Of a DNA stretch of 64,000 nt, positions 35,759 through 49,607 are shown in pieces. A program made the translations under genes and the position numbers. The number at the start of each line of letters is the position of its first letter. Position 1 is the stretch's first letter. Under the pieces are notes generated by a model. It made no database searches, was not told the origin of the DNA, and saw only the letters and a program-made list of their open reading frames with translations. Origin of the DNA: Azolla caroliniana (lineage: Eukaryota; Plantae; Polypodiophyta); the NCBI GenBank assembly GCA_043228905.1, contig JBHGNT010000005.1:17918001-17982000 (forward strand), given 5' to 3'.

Positions 35759-38229
35759 AAGCTTCAAGATATGGTTTCAGATTGGTGAAGTAATATTATG
35801 TCAGAGATTGCATTTAATAATGCAAACATAACTAGACAAGAGATTATTTGTCATCATGCAGGTTCAAAATGGCAACCAAGTGTGAAGGAAAGAGTTGAAT
35901 GGCCTGCCCTATGGCAAGAGAGTATTGGGCTATGGAAAAAGACCTTTGTTTATCATGTTGATAACCCATATGATCATAGACACACCTATATGGTGGTTGC
36001 ACAAGATGCGGAAGGCTATTGATTGTATGGACATAGATAGGTCTATGATTTCAGGCTTTATACAAAGGTTTAGAGTGTCATGAATTCAAAGATATCCTTG
36101 AGATCCTATGAAAGTGGAGACACAAATGCATAATATTAAGCAGTGAATGAGGCTAATGATTCAACTATCAGTTCGTGTATGACTTTGTTTGAAAATAGGC
36201 CAAGGTTTTGTCTTGATTAATATGATCAGATATTATTATAACAAATCAGTATAAATTCGCTCTTTAGAATATGGTATTTTGAGGACTTGGAATAGACATG
36301 CTAATACTCAGTCATTTTGGTGATATCGACATCCATTCGGTGACACGCAATATTTAGACATTGCATGTGATAACTGGAAATGATCACTGCAAAACATATT
36401 TTTTCTATGCTACAAAATGCAAAAGAAGCAATTCTAAACATGTTCATCTATGCTATTACAACATTTGGCTTCAACATAACGAGGTTTTTCAGCTTCCGCA
36501 AATGTGACCATAGGATGCATGCGTGCACACATTTTTTTAACAAAGTTGGACAAGATCTATCCTAAAACATACTCTCTTCTATTGTAAGTTAAAACTCTAA
36601 GTGGAAATGATCAATGCTTTTGAACATACTCCTCTCATTACAACACCGCTTAATGTTAGTGATGAACATAAGGACATTTTGATAAAGTTTCCTAGCTTTG
36701 TTCAGGAAATACTAGCATTATTTATTGTAATATGTTTCTAATTAATGCAATCATCTGCTTCTTAATATATTCCTACATCTTCTCAAAAGCCATGCGTAAC
36801 ATAGCAAACCAAACGTACCATCTTCTATGAGGGCACAATCCCCCCTAGGCGAACTCGGAGACCTACAAATCCCACATGTATGTAGACTTCACATAAGAGA
36901 AATGATGGACTATTTTCTACTCAACTATTCTATGTATGTCTATCACCATATGTGTACTATTTTACTCGTCACTTAGCATAATATGTCCACATTAACATAT
37001 TTATGCCACTTTTTAGCTGTCCCTAGATCAAATGGCTATACCTTCAACCTTTAAACCTCCTAATCAATAACACTTGGATGCTAGATTGTTGGCTATGTGG
37101 TAGAAGAAAAATAAAATCGATGTTGTAGTTAGCTATTAGTAGAGGAAAAGTAAATAAAAGGAAGAGTATTTTTGGAATCAAAGAGTTAGTTCCTATTTTA
37201 AATGCATATATCAATAACCTTTTAAGGAAAAGCCATCGACATCAAACACTTTTGTTTTGGCTTGTTTGTTGTGTTGGGATTTCATTCATCTTTCTCTACT
37301 CTCCCAAGAATCTCAATTGTGCATGTCCATTTAATTAGGGCTTTAATGCACTTGTATAGGTCGTAATATTTGAACATAATGTATAACTAGACTTTCTTCC
37401 TCCATGAACTCTTTTGACTACATTGTTCTAACTTCTACCTTTGAGGACTACTTGATCCCTCTTGCCGTCGAAATCATGGTCTTGGCTCCCCATCTCTTCA
37501 CGTTACTTCTCCAAGCTTCATGGTATAGTTGTTGAAGAAATGTTAAATGAGCTCTAAGTGCACTCCCCATGGGACAAATACATAGGAAAAACTTCAACCC
37601 AGCTCCAAAAGAGTTGCAAATATGCTATATCATTAATATGTAACTTTGTTGGTCTACCAAAGTTACCAGGTTGCGAATCCTCACTATTTATTATGGTCAA
37701 GCCAAGGATTTCTTGACTTGACATTTAGCTATTTCACATTCGCGTACAATTACTAGGGATTTTTTTATGTCCTTTGTTCGATCTCATAACAAGAGCCTTT
37801 CTATGTCTTGTTTTGAATACAAATCATGTGCCATCTGAGTACAATTGATAACTATGGGCATATAATACAATTAAGTTTCGCAAAGTGTCAGATGGAGGGG
37901 TAGTATGGCGAGAGAGGGGGAATCGAATGCAGACACAAGAATTGTTCGGAAGTTGAAGCATGGCCGAACATCGGGTCAGAAGGGACACGTACCGAAAAGT
38001 AGGACCACGATTACGATGGAAGAAGCATGGATGGGGTGCATCGGATACGAATCACGAGCAAGAGTTGGTGTGCACGTGCAGATGTGTGATGGTGGTCAAC
38101 GGGGCTCATGCAACAGATGTATGTATGTATGTATGTATGCGATTCGATTATGGGTCATATGAGAAAAAATGAATGAATGAATGAAGGCATGGTATGGCAT
38201 GTGGATGGGCATGGCATGGCATGATGATA

Positions 38230-38234
<5 letters not shown>

Positions 38235-38277
<43 letters not shown>
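38235..38277. repeat. (GA)n microsatellite upstream of the 39447 gene
   Basis: Direct reading; other SSRs at ~31871 (GT)n, ~32185 (TA)n, ~32663 (CCT)n, ~59043 (CT)n and ~63000 (CTT)n. Confidence 0.9.
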
Positions 38278-38280
<3 letters not shown>

Positions 38281-39446
38281 AATGGATAATGTTTTGTTTT
38301 TTTTCTATGTCCTCTTCAGACCCAAAAAAGCCACAAGATATTTGTATTCAGTACCCCTCTAAAGCCCTAATCTGCAGAGAGAATAGCCATGGAAGCTTCA
38401 CCACTGAGAAACCCAGAACCTAAATTTGGCACCGGAGTATATATATATATATATAGCTATGGAAGCGCCTCACTAGAGAAGCTTCTCCACTAGTTACCTG
38501 AAACCCCATATAGAAAACCCTTACAATCTCTGTACCTCTACAACACTGAGAGATCAGAACGACTGTAACGCTTTTGCCACTGTATTCTCTTCGTTTCGCG
38601 AAGTATGTTCAGGGCCACTTGTGCCCGCGAGCATACAAAATGTTTCTTCATTATGCAGCCTATACACTGGTGTAATGGTCTTCTTCCGCGCGAATCTGCT
38701 TCTATCTTCATCAAGTACCTCGGTCCTTTCAAGTCCAAGTGAAGAAACTACCATCGATTCTTAGTAGGATTCCTTTTTATCATTCCACTGGTATGCCCAA
38801 AATATATAATCACTCCATGGTCTTCTTTGTAGAGTATGAAAAGCTAACAACAAATCTGACCACAGCTCAAATTCTAGAGAAAACTGAAGTTTAGCATAAC
38901 GTTTTGATACAGACTCTATAGAGGAAACTGGTGTTTTTGTCTAAATATGTAAGTCGAATTTAAGAGCAAATTGAACCTTTTCTTACAAATGTGTGTGTTT
39001 AGTTGAGCGGAAATCAGCCTTTCATACGATGCTTTGAGTCAAAAGCTTAGATTATCTGCAAAAAACTAATCATGCTATGCAAAGCCATCCTGGGTCATGA
39101 AAAAATGATAATCTGGTACAAATTTTAGACAGACAACAATTTGCATAAATTTTCTAGATAGATTTTAGAAACAGTGACCATGTTACTGTACCAAATTATT
39201 GGTAAAAAATCGGTAGAGGAAACTGACTTTTTGTACAGAGTTTCTAGATTTCTAAAGAAAAGGAGAAAGTGTGAGAAGATAATGAATACATTAAAGAAAC
39301 TTGTCAGGATGTGAACTGTCATATAAATTAAATCAATGGATTTTTCTGTTGCACAAATCTTCAGGAAACTCAAGAGGTAAAGGAAATCTCATTTACAAGA
39401 TTAGCAATTGAGACTGGTATCTGGTTCCTGGGTTGTGTCTTTAAAC

Positions 39447-40866
39447 ATGGATGTGAAGGAAACAAACCGATTATCTGAAGGGCAGGAAAGTGTATCTCTT
39501 GTCAGTGTATTACATTGTACGCATGATGTGGAGTCAATTAAATGTATGGTATTAAGGCCTCCAGAATGTGATCCTTCGATTCAAGGCAAGAACAAGAAGA
39601 AGAAAAAGAAGCCAAAGAATATGCATAGTCCAAAAAGACTCATTGACTTCAATACATCTGAACTGTTGAAGTTAGATAAAGAGAAGTCTGTTTCAGAGAA
39701 ATCTCCTGTTAAGCAACTATCAAGCTCAACGTTTGTTGTAAGAAACTGTATTGTTGAAGGCAACTGTGTGGTGTCTAAGGGTGAAAAAGAATCTGGAGAC
39801 TCAGAAGATTTCACCGAGCATTTGATGCAAAAACTCCCACCGAATCTGGTGTCTCCACATGTAAGCCACCTCCAGAACCTAATTCTTTGTAATTCTCATT
39901 TGTGAAGGCTGTGTATAACATTGTTTAAATTCTAATTGTTTCTTGTTTGTGTTGAAATTGGAGCAGAAATCTGCATTGCGAGGTGCCTATGAGGAGCTTG
40001 GTTTTGGAGCTCGGCCCAAGTTACATGTCAAATGGGCACCAAGTGTTTGGGAGCCACCGTCTTCCATTGTTTCACATACTGTGAATAATAATAAACCGAA
40101 GAACAAACATTCAAGGAAGAATTTGAAGCAAGGGCATAAAGGAAAGCATGGGCGTAAGAAGGATGATAATAATAAGCAACATCCAACTCCAAGGAGGTAA
40201 AAGATCGGTTCCTGTGGAAAAACCTAATATTCACTGTTAAATGTTTGAAAGAAGAGAGTAAATATTATTTGATTGTTTACTTAATTTTGCTCTTCTTTCA
40301 TGAATAAATTAAGTAGGCTGGAAAAGCGTATGTTTACCATTCAGTGTATGAAAGAGCTCAAATTCATGTAAGAAATAGTTTCGAAAATGCCTTTAACATT
40401 GGGTGTTAAATGAAATGTAATACCCTTCCAAGTGTGTGAAATATCGAAGTATGCCCTTCTAAGTGAAAAGTAGTACCCTTTTAACTTTGTGAAATATCAA
40501 GGAAATTTATGTACTCTCTTCCTCATTCTCAAGTCAGTTGATTAGAGTGGAAAAACTCTATGGTAAGTTTTTGAAAAACTTGAGTGAAATATGAAGAATC
40601 CCTTTAATCTTGTTTAATCTGTCTATTTCTGTGGTTACAGAAATTTTATGAAAGATGAATGTCAGCAAGATGAAACTTGTGAGCAAGTTGGTGTGAGGGT
40701 TGCAAGCAAGGTTTTATCCAGATTTGATACAAAAGAACTACAAGACAATGAACATGGCCGTCATATCGATGATGAACCAGTAACATATGGCTGTTGTGAT
40801 GCACCAAACAGAGAACCAGTGCTTTTTAGTGAGAAGTGGTGCTCTAGGCAGCTTCAAGTGCAGTAA
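39447..40866 (+). CDS. Conserved plant hypothetical protein, 3 exons (39447-39860, 39967-40196, 40641-40866), 289 aa
   Basis: Canonical GT-AG junctions with consistent phases (0, 2). The motif KSALRG...KLHVKWAPSVWEPPSSIVSHTV resembles an uncharacterised plant family (SAMKGSR...V.WAPDVYDP) and is followed by a basic tract. Confidence 0.75.
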
Positions 40867-41810
40867 TTATAGGCCATCATCATATCAAATGGTTTATTAG
40901 CCTTGTCTATGGGCAACAGACTATGTGATATAGGATTTTATGTATTCATAAGCTGCACCTTGCACTCGGATTAGGATGTTAACTTAGTATCGTACAGTTA
41001 TATGTGTGTTGTAGGACCTTGTGTGCATACATTCATGTGTGTTACATGGATGTATATGTATGTGCATATTTATAAAATGTTTAAATTTGAGTAATAAACT
41101 GTGGCTAGAAACTACTACATAATTGCAGAATTGCAGCCTGTATGCTTTCTTTGCATTGCTAAGCACCAATAATAGGATTGTATAAATATATGTAGGATTT
41201 GAAATAATGGCTAAAACTGTACCTTTAGTGGGATTTTGTAACTGGAATTTGAAGCTTTAAGATATTGGGATTTTGTAACTGGAGTTAGCGACTCATCTGA
41301 AACCTCATTGTGGGTTTTATTTTTGAGATTTGATTTGATGTGATTTCCATGATAGAGATACTTGGAATCTAGACTTCTTATCTTTTTTAAAAGTGTGCGA
41401 CCGTCAATGGACTGCAAGAGTTTATTTACTTGCACAAGTAATGTAATTACTTCAATTTTAATTGTGTTTTTCTACACCAAAATCAGTGTTAGCAAAGAAT
41501 GTATTGCCATCCTCACAATAACTAAGATGGTTTCAACTAGTTGTGTTTCAGTTTTTCTTTCTTTATGGATTCCATTCAATGAATGCAGGTGTGCATAACC
41601 ATTATGGACAATGGGAGTGATTGAGTTTGTGGAGTGCTAGTTTGAGAAGTATAATTAAATCAGACAATTGGTTTGAAGCTTGCATGCTAGATAGGTGTGT
41701 AGCTGTCGTGCATGAACTATACATGAGCCCGAGATGACAATGTACGGTGAACACATCATTTCTTGTAGATGAATATCATGATTTATCTTAACTCTCTTTT
41801 TGGGTAATCT

Positions 41811-43910
41811 ATGGAAGATAAAAATCAGATTCTAATGGCCACTATTTGGCATACTGCTGCATGCTGGATAATCGTGCCCAAGTCGATGAAATTGATAAAA
41901 AGGATTATCAAAAATTTCTTATGGGGGGGCATGGAGGAAAAACAGGCATGTGCAAAGGTTGCTTGGAGCACGCTTATAAAAAGGAAAAGTGAAGGGGGGG
42001 TGGGATTGATAGATCCCGTGGTGCAAACAAAGGCCTTGCTAGCCAAACTAGTGGTTAGGAGCCTACAACCTCCTGAGGCACCTTGGAAAGTACTATGGTG
42101 ACGTAGATGGAAGATGTGGTTGCCGAGACAAGGTGGACGCTGGCCAAGCAACCCATTTTATGCCAGAAATGAGATCTAAATATTGGGGAAGTATGCAGAG
42201 TCGTGCTATTGTGCTATTGGAATTATGAAAGCATGACAAGAAATCAGAAAGGGGATCACATGTAGGTGGAGAAATGATGCATATGCGCGGATGTACATGC
42301 CAATTGTATGGAACCCATTGATTAGAGATATGGATGGGCTGATGATAGGCCAAAAAGCAGGTTTCAAATGGGTTGAGTTAATCAATGCCCAAGGGAATGC
42401 ATTGGTGGAGTGGGAGAGGTTTTTGTCCAATGAGGTGGGCACTAAAAAGGCTAGAATATGGAGAATAAGCAGGGGTAAAGGCATGCTCAAGAGAATTACA
42501 GATGCCATTGCATGCTACAGGAATACCGTGGAAGAGGAAGAAGTAACAACCTCTGAAATTGCGTGGACAGAACTTATAGATGCCGAGAACTGTTTAATTG
42601 GCATTAAGGGAATGAAAGTAGATTCAAATGAGGTATTCTACTACAAACTAGAGCACGGAATGGTAAGAGTCGAGCAACGAGCCTTTCAAATAGAAAGGCC
42701 AATTAGGCTAATCACAAAAAATGGCAAGAATATGATTATTGACCCTAAACCAATGGAGATCACACCGACGACAATGTGTTGGCCTATACAAGGGCATTTG
42801 GATCAGTTATCATGGGACCCAACGATGTATTGTTGGAGAACTCAAGGACGAATTGATGGGGAAAAGCTGGTTCAATTTTTCAGGTATAACACGAAGATTG
42901 GGAGGCAAATTATTCTAGAACAAGAACACGACAATATTGCAGCAAGGAAATTTTGGATACAGGAGGGCATTAGTGAAATGAGACTAGATAAATTCTGGAA
43001 AATGATATGGTATGACAGATATGACCGCAAGAAAATGATGTGTTTATGGCTTATTGTACATAGAGCCTTGCCGGTAGGGACGTGGGGTAAAGGCCCCAAT
43101 GTAGACCCTAGATGCATTGCCCATGGACAGATAGAAAGCATTTCCCATTGTCTATAGGAATGTCGCGAGGCAGTGGCTATATGGGGAAGGGCACTACGTT
43201 TGCTTTGCCATGCCTCTAGTTCATTCACCCTCAACTGGGGACATGCTTGCTGGAATTGTCTTGAGGATGATGTGGCGAAATATGATGGCACATGCGATGC
43301 TAAGTACAGAGGGGAGAATGGCATTGTGTGGTTGATCACTGACAATAGGGTACCTACAACTTGTGCATAGAATCAAAAACTTGGAGATTTTTGGATGTTG
43401 TTTGCCCCCATTACTATATGGTATATATGGACAACAAGGTGTACTAGGGTATTTTCAGCACACAAACGCCCCCCTGCTGAATCGATTAAGCTAATCTAGC
43501 ACACATTAATAACTTCACTAAGAGCTCAATATGAGCGGATTGATGGTACTAATGATGTTGCAGAACTAATGAGGCTGAATTTTCGAAAGGGACGGTGTAC
43601 TACACCGATGGCCGCAACAAATGGAATGGATATACTATGGAAGTATGAAGTACCCAAATGGTTGTTCCCCCCTCCCATTAGATGAACAAGGGGCGTGAAA
43701 GACATGGCATGTGGGATAGTGAATGTAGGTGATGTGCATGAAAGGATGGCTAGAGCCATATGTGAAAGTGTAACATAAATAAGCAAGACCTCTTGTGTAG
43801 GATAGGATAGTCTTGGCTCGGCCTTCCCGAGAAAGGGATCGAGTTTTATGTATATTTTAACTAAAGGAGTATATTCTTGTTTGAAAAAAGAAAAAGAAAA
43901 CAAAGGGAAA
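41811..43910 (+). mobile_element. Decayed 5'-truncated L1/Tx1-type LINE (post-RT region and zf-RVT)
   Basis: NFLWGG...KVAWSTL...EGGVGLID...KALLAKL and WLIVHRALP...ESISHCL; A-rich tail at ~43883-43910. Confidence 0.8.
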
Positions 43911-43989
43911 AGGTCCACAATAATGGCAAGCTAATTTAGTACACTTGCACATGAATAAAGTTGTTAAATGACTAGGAATACAGAAACAA

Positions 43990-44610
43990 GATCTTCAATC
44001 CAAGGTTGAATCCACGAGGCTACGTATCTTGATTGACATAAAAAATTGTTCTATCATGAGCCATTTAAAAAAAACATTGTGTAGAATGTAACATATCTTC
44101 CATATCCCTAAGGAAGTTTTGTATACTGTCTAACCTAGTATGATGAATATTTATGTCAATTGGGCACATTGTTGAAAACCATACATGAATATGAAAGAAA
44201 TATATCCAGTTTACGTATGTTTGGAGCTATTGTAAGAAAATCAAGCATAGGAAGATATTGTTCCTATCTACCTACCTTGTTGGCTACAGAAGCTCAAAGT
44301 ATATCCTCAACATTTTTGTAAATCGTTCGATTTGTCCATCTAATTAAGGGTGACAAGGTGAACTCATGCTCAAAGTACTTTCTAGCATTTAAAAGACCTT
44401 AATCCTAAATTCAATCGTAAACATTGAATTTCTATCATTAACAATATCCATCCATAAAAAACAACCATAAAATCCATAGATAGGCTCACATGAGCCTTAC
44501 TCACCTGCTGTTGTTGGCATTTTGTTACATAATCTTGAATGTCATGGAACTTTTTTGGCCAATCAAAATGAGTAGAGAGAAGAATGAGTGTTTGGTGTAT
44601 TCCAAGGTGC
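43990..44610 (-). mobile_element. Highly decayed Gypsy integrase remnant
   Basis: Nucleotide resemblance to the integrase core of the Gypsy at 13000-13700 (ccatacat..., gagctattgta..., tttgtccatc); no ORF. Confidence 0.45.
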
Positions 44611-44629
44611 CCGACTAAGGGTGCACCAT

Positions 44630-47154
44630 TGTCACGAAGTTACACGCATGCATGTGAAATCTGAGCGAAACCACTGAGGACTTGAACCGGAGACGATGGG
44701 TGACTCAAAGGCTCCTCAGAGTAGGTGAAGTAGAAGGTAAGGTAGAGTCAAAAGGTAAAGCAAAGTCGAAGGGAAGACACACTTGAAGGAAGCAACAATT
44801 TGAAAAATGATTAACACATGAGGTTAAGAATGAAACATGAGATTAGCCCAAAGAACATGAGATTACAACTGGATTTCACAATATTAAGTTAGTGTTGCAA
44901 CTCAGACACAATACCTACAAATACAAAGCTTGCCTTTCCCAAGTGTGCAAGAGCAAATGAGGTTGAATTTGAACCCAAAGAAACCCGAACAAAGTAGCGG
45001 TGTGAAAAGGAAGAGGACACCCGTGTTCCCATGTGAACTTGAGTTTATTGAAATAGATAGTCTATTACCAATCATTAGTGTAACTAAACAAGAGTTTCAC
45101 TAATGGAAGACAAAACCATTAAAAAAAGAAAGGAGAGCTTTGATTTTGGAGCTTTATAAACTCCTTGTGAATATGTGAGTGATGAAACCAAGGGAGGACA
45201 TATATGAGTTTTTTACATGGATTGTGTATAGTTTTTTGATATTTTTCTTTGGTGTGATAAACTACATCAAGATGTTTGGACGTGTGCAAATAGAATCTTA
45301 CCAAAATGGGCATTAAAATTTAAGTGTCTCTGTTAGGGGAAAATTGCAAAGAGAAGAACTATGTAAGGTTCAAAAGCCTTGAAGAGTTTTGGGCACAATG
45401 ACTAGAGTATATTGTAGGTACTACCTTAATGGTAGATACACAACATTTTCAGCAATACCTAAACATTTGTAAATGTTGCCTTATTGTGCCAGAAGACATG
45501 CCAAACAACTACTTGGTGGAAACTCTTTGCAACCAACATCAAACATGGTTATGCACTCCATACCAAGCTGAGTATGTAGACCACATGTGTAGGGAGGTTC
45601 CAGTAAATTCGATGAATTCGAAGATCGCCCATCCATCATGAATTTGTACAAGAATCATAGCCTTGAATGTATTCAAAATGTTTTAACAAAAACATGCTAT
45701 TTTTAAATTTCCCCAAGCATCTTCAATATTGTGAGTTGCACATTATTTAGAATTTATGCACTTCAAGAAGTAAAAATTAGCACCCTTTGAGTTTCTATCT
45801 TCAACGTTTACAACACAATTATCACCAACATTTATGACATCACTCAGTATCTCTAGAACCCTCATAGGTAAATGACTTGTCGGTGTTTTCTGGCTCTAGT
45901 ACATTTGCTTCCTTATCCACCAATGTATGGTACACCCAATTATGAATATATGCTTTGTGAGGTCTTCATCCAAGTAGATAGTGTTCCCTCGTAGTCCCTG
46001 GTGTCGCGAAGTTACACGTGCACGTGTGCTACTTGAGCATGACCACTAGGGACCTTGAACCAGAAAGGATGGATGACTTGAAGGCTCGTTAAAGTTGAAT
46101 GATCGTCAAAGTCGCATGATCCTAAGAGTCAAAAGACTGTTAGAATCGAAGGCTCTACAAAGTCGAAAGATCGTTAAAGTCGAAGGCTTTGTAGAGTCAA
46201 ATGATTGTTAGAGTAAAAAAATCCTAAGAGTCGACGATTCTTCAAAGTCGAAGTTAAGTGAGAATCAAAGATAGGTCTAAGTCAAAGGTAGGTCAGATTC
46301 GAAACAACTGTTCTACAAAGTAGACGATTGCCACAACCCGAACAATAAATTATACGTAAGATTAGGATCAAATCATGCAATTAACCCAAGGACCATGAAA
46401 TTACAAATGGATTTACAATATTAGGTTCGAAATTGCTAGATTAAGAAAGAAATTCCCTTTATAAAATAGGCATTACAAGTTGTTTAGGGGTTTTTTATTA
46501 CAACGATGGCAAATTTTAGAAATTAAACATGAATTAAGAACCCTAAATTTCATAAATAAGAAGAAAATTAAATACTAAAACAATAAGTATATTGAGGAGA
46601 ACAAGATGAAGATGAGAAAGAAAAGAATAAGAATAAAGCTTTAGGGGGAAATCGTCGAGTTTCGATGTAATCTCCAAACTATCAACGACCACATCACCTC
46701 TTGTTGATGTTGGTCCTACACGCCTCTTGATTTGCTACCCTTGCTTCTTGTTTCTCAATCTGGCAGAGCTTCCACGTCTCTCTCTTCCCCTCCCCCCCCC
46801 CTCTATATGCGTTCTCTTCACTCAGTTGAATAAAGTTAGTGAGTGCTTTTTAATTTTAGCGTGCTTTTGACGCCTTATGCTTATTTATTTGTTATATTCA
46901 ACTCTAATTTTAGCGTGCTTTTGACGCCTTATGCTTATTTATTTGTCATATTCAACTCTAACTCAATATATGTTTGTTTTTATCACACCCTCCATCAATC
47001 ATTCAAAATTTTTAATATTCCCATTTCAACTTATTTCCTCCTATGTGCTCCCCACATCACGACACCAGAGAATCAGTCTCTTCTTAAAAGATGTCACTCT
47101 AGATTCCAAGTCTTTAAATTGAAGGACTAGGTCTCTCTTTCTAGTGGTGTCACA
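44630..47154. mobile_element. Two related LTR-like sequences starting at 44630 and 46002 (the second ending TGTCACA at 47154, with a minus-strand PPT-like tract beyond)
   Basis: Shared start TGTC(A/G)CGAAGTTACACG..CA.GTG...ACCACT..GGAC.TTGAACC and shared internal blocks. Confidence 0.5.
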
Positions 47155-47959
47155 CTCAGCCCTCCAAGTTTTAGTGATAGGTAGAGCCTCTATATACTCT
47201 AACATCTTCCCAAGTGTTTGTGTTTCTTCGTCGGGAGATCCACCTTCCTTGATTTTAGTGATACATACAAAGTATTCTAACATTTTCATATATTATATGT
47301 GAAAGTGAGTAGTGACTCTCGATGTTCAATAACTTGATGTTGAATATTGTAGTTGAGAATGTACATTGTAACCATGAGAGATTCGTGCAAGGTTTGGGTT
47401 AAGATTGTGTGGAAAACATACTTGAATGTGATTAAAGGCATGGCATTAGATCAGAGTGCAAAAGTTAGATTGTCGAACTTGTTTAGGGAATAATATGCAT
47501 ATTCGACTACTCTCATCACTTGTGGCCCAACCTCCTATCTCACATTTATGTGAATGTGAGGTAAGTTGTATAGAGGCAATGGTTCAAATGCCAGATAATG
47601 GGATGAGGTATAACATGCATTGATGTGTGTGGTTTCCCAATTGAATGAATAATATGGTTGTGTAATTAGGTGCAACATATGTAAGATAAATTGTAAAGCA
47701 TGAACCTTTACATTTTTCCAATGTCGATAATATACATTGTTATTGTAAAAATACCACCTTTTTAAAGGAATCTATTGATGCATCCTGATGTAAGTGTGTT
47801 ACGACGTTCTTGATAACAACTTCTTTAATGTGTTTTTCCTTTACAAACTTCCACCCATTTGTTGTAATTCATCAATGCATTGATCAAATAGAGTTGGTGA
47901 GGGTGGGGATCATTGCTTGACATCAATGGTGGTATTGAAGAAATTTGAAATTTCATCCC

Positions 47960-48520
47960 CCATGCACACACAACTTATAACCTAGTAATAAATTCCTGAA
48001 AGCACAAACATATACTCACTTGGCACCCCAAGTTCTTCCGAGTTTCTCTAAAGATGGTCACAAGATATCATATCAAGAGCTTTATTGAAGTCTATGAAAT
48101 AACAACCTAAACCCTTACTTCTGAAACAATTTTCTTCCATTAATACCAAAAGCGTGACAAGGTGATGAATGATGCTATTGTGTTTTCGAACGTTAGCTTG
48201 GCAGTAAGCTCGTCTACCAATTTTCACAACCAATGCACTTAGCTTTGATTCCATTATATATCCAAATCGTTTTGTCATAAGTGAATCAACCACGATAGTC
48301 CACATAATTGTTACCATTATTTACATCTCCATGTTTTTGTAAAGGTTTAATCCAATTCATAGTCCAATTGTAGGGCATGCCATGTTGCAACACATGATGA
48401 AACATATCACTTATCTGCGCACATGTTTCCTTTCCCATCCATTTGAGCATTCTCCTCTTGATGCATTGAATATCACTCATCTTTCAAGATGCTAATTTCT
48501 TAACCCCTAGCTATACAATT
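47960..48520 (-). mobile_element. Decayed RTE/RTEX-like LINE RT fragment
   Basis: ORFs 48286-48480 and 48048-48317 (WIKPLQKHGD, MESKLS, YFIDFNKALD) parallel the LINE at 3436-3800. Confidence 0.7.
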
Positions 48521-49607
48521 GTAAAGAAGGGAGGCATATGTGAAAGAGAGTAGCCATACCACATCATCTTTCTCGACAATTCAGTAGCTCATATAAAGTT
48601 CTTACGATCTAGAAAGAGGTAAAGTCTCCAGAACTGTCACCCGTAACCAGGGTAAGTTGATAACTGAGAAGAATAACGCTCGGCCACAACTGAGTCTTAC
48701 TCACTCTATGGAAGAACAAAACAAAAATGGAGATTAATACACTTACATAGACAATAGAGAGGACACGTGATGTTTACTGGAAAACCCTAATAGGGAAAAA
48801 TCACGGGAGCCCACAGACTCCAACTATCACTATAAGAGAAAGGGGTACAATAGGAGCTCAGAGGCAACAATCTCGAGCTCTATGCCTTCGCCAACCGGCG
48901 GTTACAACAGAAAGATGTGTAGAGAATATGCGGAATAATCTTCGGCCACAACCGGCCACAAACCACGGGAGCCCATAGACTCCGAACTATCACTATGTAA
49001 GGAGAATACAACAGGGGAGCACAGAGGCAACGACCTCGTGGTCACAGTCTTCACCTGGCAGCGGTTACAACAGAGATTCACTTAGTCTCTCTCTCTCTCT
49101 TTCCCTCTACTACACTCTACACAACAGTTACACCAATAACTCTATACAACAAATAATGACCACACCTACCAAGAGTTTGCCCTAGGTCATATTTATACTA
49201 ATATGACTTTCGGGCTATTTACAAATATAGCCCTAGTGGGCTCTCTAGAACATATTTACATATATGTCCCTTCATCCGGTGAGAGGTTCTCACTGGGCCT
49301 ACAACATCCGGTTCTCACCGGGTCTTCCTTGCCGGGTACTCATCATCCGGTTCTCATCGGGCCTTCATCATCCCATCCGGAGGGGACCTAAATCCTAACA
49401 AACTCCTCTTTCACTCTGGCATGGGATGTCTGGTTAGTCCAATTCGCTTCCGGCATGCGTCCAACTTGTCGGGCGTTAGCACCTTGGTCAGCATATTTGA
49501 CCCATTCTCCTCTGTGTGGATCTTCGTCAACACGAACTCTCAATCTTCCTCTTGCTCCCGGATCCAATGGTACCTCCGATGGATGTGCTTCGTCTTTGAA
49601 TGATACG

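Noticed and set aside
35798-36083. Possible detached DYW domain downstream of the PPR
   Set aside because: No PG box, HxE, CxxC or DYW-like terminus in the downstream ORFs.
36100-37900. Possible ancient retroelement remnant between the two genes
   Set aside because: Only faint resemblance; no ORF, termini or TSD that I can support.
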